From NCBI GenBank assembly GCA_040954595.2, contig CM082590.2, forward strand, positions 5,332,001-5,396,000: DNA of 64,000 nucleotides, written 5' to 3'. This document shows, piece by piece, positions 34,901 to 46,900 of this stretch. This stretch comes from Balanoglossus misakiensis (lineage: Eukaryota; Animalia; Hemichordata). Under the pieces are notes generated by a model. It did no database searches and was not told the DNA's origin. It saw nothing but the letters and a program-made list of their open reading frames with translations. Both the position numbers and the translations under genes were made by a program. Within the stretch, counting starts at the first letter, position 1; the number at the start of each line of letters is the position of its first letter.

Positions 34901-37900
34901 GACTTGGCGTTTGGAGGGTTGGGATTAAAATTGAAAAGCCAAAATTGGGGGTCACCTGTGACACCTGCATATCTCATTAATTATGTGCATACATAATTCC
35001 AGGCTAACCAATAGGGCTATAGGTTTGGTTTTTGTTGAACCTGGACCAGTATAAGGTCAACATTTCTTGCCCAAATTTTGCATGACCTCAGGTGACCTTT
35101 GACCTACTTTATCATATCTTGGCATCCAGAGCAGGTACAGACTTGGCGTTTGGAGGGTTGGGAATAAAATTGAAAAGCCAAAATTGGGGGTCACCTGTGA
35201 CACCTGTATATCTCATTAATTATGTGCATACAAATGTACCTAATTCCAGGCTAACCAATTGGACTATAGGTTTGGTTTTTGTTGAACCTGGACCAGTATA
35301 GGGTCAAAATTTCTTGCCCAAATTTTGCATAACCTCAGGTGACCTTTGACCTACTTTTCCATATCTTGGCATCCAGAGCAGATATGCTTATTGCTATGTT
35401 GCTATGTGCTATGTTGGCTTGGGCCCGATATTGTTGCTTGCAGATCTGCTTGCAATGTCACCTGTAATTTTTATTCTGGTGTGTCACTGTTTCCGCATAA
35501 TCCTCAAATGGGACCACAGTGTCCTTGACGCTATTTTTTTCGGGTGGGGGGATAAATTAATAGTAGGATACATCCCAGTCCCCAATGTAATGGACATGAA
35601 CGCATGTTGTTGTGATAGGCCAGTGTCCTTTGAGGGTACAATAACATCACAGGAATTTTTTGACTTGAGATTTATGATACGCGCGTGTGTTGTTATAATT
35701 TGAAGACACCCTCTGTACAATACCTCTAACTGACAATGATCTAAATATTATAAAAGCCTAGACAGCAGTCTCATTACCCCTTAAGAGCATTGGAATTAGC
35801 CAATCAAAGAACGGCAATTATGAATGAAAGGTAAGAAATATGCGGAACCACTATTGACATTCAAATGATTATGGTGGACTTCAGCCAGACAGCTTTTTTA
35901 GTCTCGCAAGCCAGACCTCTCTCTCTGTCATTTGACAGCATAGCCACACGAAGTGCGCCACGAGCAGCGAGGCCGGGAGAATTGAGCGTCAAAGACGGCC
36001 TCACCGCTTGTGGCGAACTTCGTGTGCCTATGCGCGGCGTCGACGGATAGCGAGGTCTGGCCTGCGAGAAGAACATTTCTTTAGACTGAGTCAGTTTTGT
36101 AATGGTTCAGATTACGGTTTATGAAGGAATCAAACTTTGTATCAGGGTTAAACGTTTACTTTCAATTTTAACAACATGTGCTGAGTTGTCTGCTATCATC
36201 GTTATTACGTATCAGAAAAATAGTGCAATTACGTCAATATGTATTTTTGTTGTACATTCGGTTAATCCAATTTCTCTCGCTCTGTTGACGCATAAGCAAT
36301 ATGTGCAGCGTGTGAAGACGGAGCTGGATGCGTCCTCGTTTTTCCCTCAGAATTTCCGCTTACGGTCTAGTATTGAGCCTTACGTGTACAGTAGTACCTC
36401 TATGAATGTGCCAAGAATCGCATGTATCTACGTAAATTCCACTCTTGACAATGCTAGAGAAGAAATCTGCTGTTTCTGCCCGTACGACTGTCGGTCATCA
36501 GAGCTTGCCCGCCGCGGCCATTGTTGAAATCGGAATCTATTGTTTCAGAGGTCATTACACAATCGACGGTGCCATGTCACAGCGCTGTGAAGACTGCAAT
36601 GCTGTATCACAACGAGTATCCCTGTGTCAGGGAGACTTAATGCTGTGCCCCAAGTGTAACAAGAAAAGATTTGGTACAAGTGTGAGTAGCAGTAGTTCTG
36701 ATAATACCGATGCAAGACCCACTACGGATGCCGCCTCTGAAGATGGTCCAGTCATCTGTGAATTGGCATGCTTTGTCGTGAATAAACTGAGCTCAGGTAT
36801 GACACGTGCTTCGATGGAAAAAGTTATAAGTAGACGATGCCAAGAATATTGTTTTTGAAGTGGCTGGCGATCGTGGTCCGTCCCGTCGTAAAACTACCCT
36901 CACAATTCGAGATGTGGTTGACTGTATAGCTGATCTGCCCGTTGATACCCAGAAACGGTTTGTTGCTCAACAGCTGCATCGTCTTCCTCCGATAGATATT
37001 GACTATGTAGACTATATCAGTCTTCTGAAAATGGTTCGTGATATGCGTGAAAAACTGGACTCGGTTAGTGCCAAGCTTGAAGCCAAAGAGGTAATTATGG
37101 ATTCGGTCCGTTCCGATCATTTGAATGGCAGTGCAGCAGCTGTTACCCAGTGTAATCCAGGTGGAGCAAATATGTCCAGAAAACCAATGAGTTCGCCAAC
37201 AAAACTGGCACCCAACACGGAGGTTACGGCACTCTCTGATGGTGATATTTCTGATCAAAATGTCTCAGAGGTTGGTTCAGGTGCAGAGCAAACATGGTCA
37301 TTCGTAGTAAAAAAGAAAAAGAAGGCGACTGCAAGTGTTCAGCATCCCAGGAAACCTAAACAAATCGTTCAGGGATCGGGTAATTCTACGCATCACTTTA
37401 CCGTTGCAGAGAAGCTACCGAAATTGCGAAGTGTTTTTGTGAGCCGTCTTACTCCAGATACAAGCATTGATCAGGTCAAGACTTTTATTAATGACAAGTG
37501 TGGTCCTTCAACATTTCAAGATGGCGTCAAATTGAAAACACGCTTTGACACATATTCATCGTTCAGAATCGATGTTAATGACAGTTGCATTGAAAATGTC
37601 CTCTGTCCTGAATTGTGGCCAACAGGAGTTCTTGTGAAACCGTATTATCTCTCGAAGTCGGAGTTGATCGCAATGTCTAAGAAAGGTTCGTCACAAGTAG
37701 GAATTTAAGAAACTCATAATGTATTCTATTAACATTGCCAGTTACAACTTAAGAGGTTTAAACTCCTCCCGTGGTTCTCTTGACGTTTTGCTTAATTCTT
37801 GTGATATTATCTTGGTTCAAGAGCATTGGCTTGATAAGGAAAAATTATCTGTTCTCTGTGCTTTGCATAATGAGTTTACCTCAACAGGTGTGAGTGCCAT

Positions 37901-40900
37901 TGACAGTTCACACGGTGTTCTCACCGGCAGACCCTACGGGGGTGTGGGTATTCTTTGGCGCAAAAATCTTAGTGGTATCTCTCCTATCCTATTTGATGGG
38001 GAAAGCCGTGTTGTAGGTATTCGTATTAAAATGTCAGATAAGCCAGATGTTGTAATTTTTAATGTGTATCTGCCAACTGCAAACTCTGACTGTGATGAAT
38101 ATCAGCGGATCTTAGGCTTGTTACAAGTTACAATCAATGATTTAGATACATGCTGTTGTCTTATTTCTGGCGATTTTAATGCAGACCCAACGAGAAATCA
38201 ACATGAGTTCACCCTTTTAGATAATTTTGTGAAAGATAATAAGTTCGTCTTTTCAGGCATTGAACGTCTGCCCCCTGAAACGTTTACATATTTAAGTGAT
38301 TCGTGTTCAGCCAGAAGTTGGCTTGATCACATTATATGCTCATCATCTTCTGATACTATAGTTGATTCTGTTAAGGTAAACTATGATATCATTTCATCTG
38401 ATCACTTCCCTGTAATGTTCACTTTGAAGACTCATTTGCTACCAAGGATTAGTATTTCGTCACCAGCTGAAATACATAGTCCTAGTTGGAACAAAGCGTC
38501 CTCTTGTCAACTTGAAAACTATAAAGTGTATTGTGATAGACTTTTATCTGAAGTTTATATTCCTGTTGAAGCACTGGCATGTACTGATCCAGACTGCTGT
38601 ATACATTCAGAGTCGATTGACACTTTTTACAATGATATTATTTCTGTACTATTAACCGCAGCGGATAGGACTCTTCCTAAAATTACACACTCAAATAAGC
38701 ATGCAATTCCTGGTTGGAATGCTCTAGTCAAAGATTATTATGACAAAGCTCGCACTGATTTTTTAATCTGGAAGGATAATGGCTCCCCTAAATTTGGTCC
38801 CTTCTTTGAACTTATGCGCAGGTCCAGAGCTCAATTTAAAAGGCAGTTAGCTAATTGTAAGAAGGCAGAAAAAGAAATGCGCGCTATAGCCCTGGCTGTA
38901 AAATTAAAGAAAGACTCCAAGGTGTACTGGAAAGATGTCAGTAAACGGAAAGGTAGATCAATATCTCCATCATCTATTGATGGTCATTCGGGTGATGTTG
39001 AAGTGGTTAATATGTGGAAAAACCATTACGAGAATATTTTGACAAAAACTGGAAAAGAATCCGCACCTGATTTTATGAACATTGAGTACTGTGATGACAT
39101 GATTGTACACCATGAAGAAATTTGTGAATTAATTAAGAACCTTAAGACAGGTGCATCGTCGGGTATCGACATGGTGTCACCTGAGCACCTGAAGTATGCG
39201 CCATACAGAGTCAGTGTTCTACTTTCCCTCTGTTTCACGGCTATGTTAATTCATGGCATTGTTCCCAAACAATTGATGACTACAGCTTTGGTTCCCATTC
39301 CAAAAAACCCAGGTGGTGACATTTATGACAAATCTAACTACCGTCATGTTGCTGTTGCAACAACGATATCTAAATTGTTAGAGAGAGTTTGGTTAAATCG
39401 CTGCATGGATTGTCTAACGACTAGCGAGCACCAGTTTGGATTTAAACCAGGCCATGGTACCGATATGTCAATTTTTGTTCTTAAAGAAATTTTGAATTAT
39501 TACAAGCGTTGTAACACTCCTGTTTTTGTCACTTTTATGGATGCATCCAAAGCTTTTGATTATGTTCGTCACGATATTCTCTTTGTAAAACTTTTGGCGA
39601 GGGGTGTCAATCCTTATCTCATTAAGATTTTGTCATACATGTATAGGCACCAAGATTTTGTGGTGAGATGGGATCGGTTGTTATCTAAACCTTTTCCCTC
39701 AAAGAATGGGGTTAAACAGGGGGGAATTACGTCACCAATATTTTTCACAGTCTACTTGGATGATATCAGCAAAAATCTTTCCGGTCTTCCGTATGGCTGC
39801 CTTGTAGGGGACTATAAGGTTAATCATTTAATTTACGCCGATGATTTGGTTATTATATCTACTGGAGCCTATGGCCAGCAGATGCTTGTTGATACTTGTG
39901 GTCATTATGGCAGCATTAACTCAATTTTCTTCAATGAGAAAAAAACAGTCTGTATGTTAATTCAGCCAAGTATGCGCAGGCTCAGACACGTTCCAATTTA
40001 TCTGAACGGCCGATAACTGAATTATGTCAACGTTTATAAATATCTTGGTCACCTTATCACTTGTGACCTTAGGGATAATGAGGACATTCTAGCTCAAACG
40101 CGACAATTTTATGTTCGCGGTAATGCGATTATTCGTGATTTTAAATTTGCGTCTATCTCTGTTAAATGTCATTTGTTTTCTGTATTTTGTGATATCCCGT
40201 ATTGCTCTTACTTATGGAGTGCTTTTTCTGTGTGTATTTTTAATGCAGTTAGGAGAGCTTACTCACAGGTTTTCCGTAAATTGTCTGGTTTTAAACATTC
40301 TTTTATTCAGAGCAACAGTGCGATGTTTGTTAATCTTTCTATTTTAACTTTTGATGAAATACTCCGGAAAAAATTATTCAGCTTTTTAAGCAGACTCCAC
40401 CTCTCAAGTAATCCACTTGTAGCCAGTGTTTTATCACTATCAAATAGTGGACTTTGGAAGGTTTGGAGTAGACGATTGTTTTGATGTTTTTTATGGTGTT
40501 TTGTTTTGCTATGGATTATTTTATAATCTGAAATAAAGATGAAATAAATAAATAAATAATAAGCCTCACAAAAATTTCGGTTTGTTTTATTCTCTTTTTT
40601 TCTAGTAAGTTTGAGACAATGTCTCTGTTATTCTTTGGTGAACCAGTGGTCTTCTTCTTGGTGCTTGCCTATTGTTTATTTAGCAATTAGAGATGTCACT
40701 AATTCAAATTGCGAATGCAATACAAAGAATAGAACATATATTTCCATGGATAACGACCTAGTTATGTTTAATCTTTTCCATTGTGTTTGGAATATATTGA
40801 ATGTTTCAACAACAGAGTTAAACCATGTTAGAGGAATTATCAGTTTGGACTTCATTGCTGAAAACCTAGTCTTTCTCAAGCAGTATAAATTATGCAGCAC

Positions 40901-43900
40901 CTGATATGTGGGCGCAGAAGTCTTGATGGGTGGAGCGTTTGACGGATCTCAGCAAATCTGTCATTCTATCAGAGACTGGATTTCTTTTTGGTTGCACGTT
41001 TTTTTTATATTAACCCACCGATGTACCTCAGCTTTCAAGTCGCCCAAAATAGTTGGGTTTGATATGTGAAGTCGTTGTGTCCGTGTCAATTGAAATATCC
41101 AGAAATATAATGCAAGGGGTGGAGTGAACAGCGTTCAGCCGTTTCGATGGACTCTTGCACGCTCAAATGACGGACGCAACGCACCGAGTGTGTAATGTGT
41201 TGAAAACTGCATCTGCTGGCTCTGAACCTTTAGCCCAACCAAAGTCATCTAATTAATGCATCGTACACACAAACATACGACACAACCCAACACAGAACTC
41301 AGCACTCGGCATGAACTGAAAGCAGCAAATGCTTCAGCGAAGCCAGAGTTATGACTGTTATGTACATGTATACGCAAACACATCTGAATGTCAAGTTTGC
41401 ATTGGCTTTATGGCTGCTAACCAGAAAGTTTGTTTCAGGATTTTGACAAATATCATTGGAGTAGGCAAGTGACAGGCGCGCATCAGGAAACAAATAATAT
41501 CTCATGAAACGCGGGGACAGTGGGATTTTCATTATTACCTACACAGTCATCAACTTCGACAACATGTGGTGGGAAAGTATTTAAAATAAAATTAGATATG
41601 ACCACAGCAACACGTGGCAAAAGGCAAGCCAAATTCTAACAGGAACGTTGCGATCGTACTGTTGAACCTGTAGGGCTTCCCAACAACAAGCAATCTGGAC
41701 TTATCAACTGAAGACATAGTTGTGGAAACGCAGCTGTGCCGCCGGGGGGGGGGGGGAGATAAGGGGAATTTGTATACCCCCCCCCCCCCGGTGGAACAGC
41801 TGCATTTCCACAGCTACTGAAGATCCAACTCCAAAAAGTTGGATTTTCAGAAATTTAATTCCACTTTCCTCATGCAACGGAAGATTCGGAACGTGTTTTG
41901 CTTTCAAAAAATCTACGCTGGACGCCCATTTGTGTAATACGCCTTTTACGGTACCAATAAACTTTACCCGGAAACGCCTACACTAGATGATTTCATGTCT
42001 TCGTACAAACACAGAGAAATAAACTGCCTGGTTTAATCCCCCTGAAATTTTTCCTTGCCTCAATGCAAAGTAAAGAATGATTTTTCAAGACATCGACTGA
42101 CCGCGTTATGGCAAGTGTCCACGGCTGTTTAGCCAACATCGTGAAACTTATTATAGGCTTATATTGAGCATTTGTGAACAGATAAACAGTTAGGCGTAGG
42201 TCACACTATACATGAATAGGGCTTAGTCGATATACTCGTGTCATCAATGGCGCGATTCAAGCGCCTGTACCACCTGTTGCAGTCCTGTCTACAACAAGCT
42301 GATTGACTGTATACTTGGAATCGGACAACAATGTGATAAGGTTTATTAGCGGAATCTAACCGACGTGCCAAGCTCAATGCAATGCAGGACCGGGTTAACA
42401 CAGATTTGAGTCGTAGCAAGGCTGGCTTCTCTAGCTTGAGTGGTCATCGCGTTGAGCGCTCTGCATGGATGATACACGTCCTACTATACCAGCGCAATCT
42501 CCACTGCAGTCGCCACGACCTTCTAGGATCTTCAGTTGCTGTCATGCCCAGTCTACGCTACAGTGGGCTGTTTTGTTCATTCAAAAATAATTCTAAAAAT
42601 AGAATTTCAGGGATTTGTGGGCAATTTTTTCCAACAAACAATGCACACAAGCGCAGCGTGACGAGATCTTCCGTTTGAAGTTTTATAACCAGTTTATATA
42701 ATTTAATGTGGGGTGGCAGGCTATATGTTCATTGATCATTACTGGAATAGAGGATTTCATTCATGTTTTTTTTCAGTAGAAGGGGCTCTTATTTATTTTA
42801 CCTATATTACAATACACATTTATATTTACAATAATATAAATCTGCTGATCTTGATCTCACATTCATCACAATAAAGAACACTTTTTGCTCATTCAATAAA
42901 AAAACATTACTTCTTGCTCTGAATGATTGATTTCTTTTTTAAAATCATGCAGCAACAATCCATAATTAACGAGACAGGCTGCCATTATTGAAATAGGTTA
43001 TAAAGTCTGGGTCGTTGGGAATAAGGCAGAGGAATAGTCGTAACTATTTTTTTTATTTACCTATGTTAAAAAATATGCGTTAATAAAACGTGTCAATTGA
43101 TGTTTGAGTGTAGAATAGAATGAGTGTCATTACAGTCACTTACATTATCCTTCACATCGATGCTGGCATTGGATTGCAGTAGAAGTCCAACCACGCCACC
43201 ATGGCCATACCGTGCTGCATTGTGTAACGGTGCCTGACCATACTGTGGGAATACAACAAAAATGTGTCACTGAAAATCGCTGACTATAATCGTCTAAGGG
43301 AACACACAGTATTTTTTTTGGGTGGGGGGATAAATTAATAGAATGATACATCCCAGTCCCCCACGCAATGGACATGAATGCATGTTGTTGTGATAGGGCA
43401 GTGTCCTTTGAGGGTACATTAACCTCACATGTATTATTTTACTTGAGATTTATGATACACGCGTGTGATGTTTTCATTTGAAGATACCCTCTGTACAATA
43501 CCTCAAACTGACAATGATCTAAATATTATAAAAGCCTAGACAGCAGTTTCATTACCCCTTAAAAGAGCTTTTGCATCAGCCAATCAAAGAACAGCAATTA
43601 TGAATCACAGGTAAGAAATATGCGGACCCACTATTGACATTCAAATGATTATGGTGGATTTCAGCCAGACAGCTTTGTAGTCTCGCCAGCCAGACCTCTC
43701 TCTCTCTGTCATTCGACGGCATAGCCACACGAAGTGCGCCACGAGTGGAGAAGCCACAAGAATCAAGCATCGGAGACAACGTCGCCGCTTGTGGCGCCCT
43801 TCGTGTGCCTGGCCGCGACGTCGACGGATAGCGAGGTCTGTCCATTGAGAATGACGTTTCTTTAGAGTCAGTTTCATAACGGTAGCTACACAATGACGGT

Positions 43901-46900
43901 TTATGAAAGAATCCCACTTTGTAGATTTTCGGTTGAAAAGTCATCCCAAGTTTGGGGATTTTTTCTGTTGAAAAGTGACCCTTCTGGGTGGCACATACCC
44001 GTACACCTTCCTATGGGAGTACCCCCCCCGGCCTGTTGTGCAGGATACATGGCACCCCTACAATTTACAATTATTTATTTTCAGAGCTTTATTTCGCTAG
44101 TTCGCTTCGCCGTTGTTACTGACAGCTATTACACTACAGTTTGTTTAAATATAAAATAAATGTCTCATCGTGCATGTAGCAATAATTCATGGTTAGGTCC
44201 CTAACTTTCCGGTCAAAAAGTTAACTATTGGTAGATTATTTATCGAAAAATCGAATTATGAATTTCGATATGAACACCCTGATCCCAACCTCTCGAATTG
44301 CTCGACGTTTTAATAAAATATTGCTTTATAGTGGTATGATATTCAAAAGTGAATTGGTTGGTCTCAAAAGAGATAAGAATTTAACTTGGCCGCAGGTATA
44401 GCCAGGGTCCAAAAACTCTCCCTCAAACTCTTTCATACTCTTCATAATCCTATTATGTGTGTCAGTGTATTGCAGTAACACTTGTTTCGTGATTGACATC
44501 CCGAAGGTCGTCAACACTACATAATTTAAGTACAGTGTCACCTTTTTAGCCGTTCGGGCTATTGGTGAGTGAGCATGTAAAGACACTTACCTCATTCTTA
44601 GCATTGACGTCAGCTCCATGGTCGATCAACAATTGTGCCGCTTCCAGTTTATTTTTTTCGGCCGCTACATGCAATGCAGTGTATCCAGACTGAAATTGAC
44701 AAATTCATTTGAATTAAAATGAACACAAGGTATGTTCCAATGTTGGACTTGTAAGGTTACATGGCTAAAATTTCACTGGAATCGATGTGTAACTATAAGT
44801 GTTTACTTATATTATGAGTTAAATGTGTGTAGCATCTATAGTTGTTTCAGACCAAAACACTCTATTGTTTCAGAGAACATTTATAACATGTCCTATAGAT
44901 TTTTCTAACAAGTGAAACTCTATAAAATTCTAATATAATGTAGCGCACTATACATGTTTATGCACACTCATAGGTGCAACAGGTCTTAATATCATTTCAT
45001 AAATTACATTGATATGTTCAAATTTTCAATCACACCAACTACTCTAACAGATAAACATGGCAGACTTGATACACCAGACACATACAATCCCTCGTGTTTC
45101 TCTGTTGATGTAAGTTGAAGTCTGGCCCGCTATGAACCCAACATTGGCATGGGACATCTTGAAATTTTCAATCTCACCAAATACTCTAACAGATAAACAT
45201 GGCGGACGTGATACACCCGACACACACAATCCCCTGTTTCTCTGTTGATGTAAGTTAATATTTAGGTATAGCCTGCTATGAACCCAACGTTGGTACGTAC
45301 GGTACATCAATGTTATAATCATTTAATGTTGCTAGGAAACATCAGAAAAAGAATTGTCTAAACCAGTCTGGACATTTCTCTCAAATTTGTCTTTTTTAAA
45401 AAAGCGTTTGTAGTATCCATTGAATGGAAGTGAAATTACCTATGTTTTTTTCTTCAATTTTAAACTCTAAACGTTCTGGTTCACCGAATTTAACCAAAAA
45501 CACAAAAAGAAAATTGTGGTCGCGCAAATAAGTGTGAAAGTGGAGTTCACTAAACAAATTGAGTTCGCCCTTCTAATAAACATAAGAAAGTTGCTTGTTG
45601 AATGTATGTGACCAATCTGATTAAAATCAGATGTAGAGTTAGGCGTTGTCTTTACCTATGGTGGTCATTTTGGCTGTTCAGTTCTCTGTCTTGGCTGTTC
45701 TCGGGTGGACGGTCCCTTTCCGAACAGTAAAGCCAAGAATCAGCCAGAGTAAAGAGACTAACTAGACCTAACTCTACACCTAACTCTACATCCTATTTAA
45801 CCAGATAGTTTAGTGACAATATGAAACGGTCTCTAAGCTTATAATTGCACGTAATGCATGGGGCACACGCAATCACTAGCTTCCTCCACAAATAAAGATT
45901 TCGTCCAAATGGCAAGTCTCCAGCCTGCAATGACACAGATTCCACATATTCTTCGGGTGTCCGCAAATGAAACATTTCAGCTTGGCCTTGTCACGACTCT
46001 GATATTCTCCCTGTATGCCCCATAGACAAGCACTGTGTCCTTACTCTGGCATTGTTCTATGTCCATTGAGGTACAATAACACGTTCATCTCCACACATGT
46101 GTGTTTACTCAATCAAGTAATTTATACAGCTAAGATATCCATCGAAGAGACAGAGGAAATAAATATTACAATCAATCGACAGCTGCCCCACCTCAAAGAT
46201 TCAAATCACGCCTGAAGAATACACTTGTAATACAAACACCACAGACTAAAGAAATCCGCACTTTTTGTTTATAAGGGCAATCAACGGCAATCTTTTCCAT
46301 GACCATATTTACCTGAATTCCAGATTGACTTACGACGTGGGATTTTTAATCTCTATGTTGTGTCGCTTTTGGGGTTTTAATTTTTTTGTAAACACTTTCA
46401 TTTATTATGACATTTGCATCCATCTAGAATTGTCAACAACCGCGCCACAGACTGTTACTGGTCACAATATACAGATACTTGGACATATTATCCAACACTA
46501 TGTTCTTATTCGTTTCAGTTTCAAATTTTCTTTCTAACCTCAAATTGCTATAAGAGAAACAAAGGAGGAAACAAGCTTCATTTTCTCACACAATTTTGCT
46601 ATTTCAAATGCATTAAGCTGGTATATCAAACACAGGAAAGGTTTGTGTTCATCAATAAAGTCAAGGTAAAATCTTTTGCCGCTTCAGATTCTATACCTGT
46701 GTGACTTGGTTGTACGTGTGAAATGTTGAGTGAGGCAGTGCAAATACTTACCCAGACATCGTATTCACCCTTTGCATTTACATCGTACCCATCAGCTATC
46801 AACGATTGAATCCTTGCAACATCACCATTCCAAGCGGCAGTAATGAGATCCTATAACATTCAGTGAAACATACAATTGTTATTTTTTAAATATTCCGTTA

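Larger units (their letters stand above)
36298..40558 (+). mobile_element. Near full-length non-LTR retrotransposon, RTEX-like
   Basis: ORF1 plus APE-RT ORF2, a 3' AATAAA with (AAAT)n tail, and a candidate TSD ATAAGC (36292-36297, 40559-40564). Antisense to the host gene. Confidence 0.85.
27030..43860. repeat. Tandem triplication of a ~3-3.6 kb exon-bearing unit, interrupted by younger transposons
   Basis: About 27030-28150, 32620-36100 and 42800-43860 are homologous. About 28290-29179 matches 41095-41985, and about 31777-32620 matches 41982-42800. Each unit holds one ankyrin exon. Confidence 0.9.
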
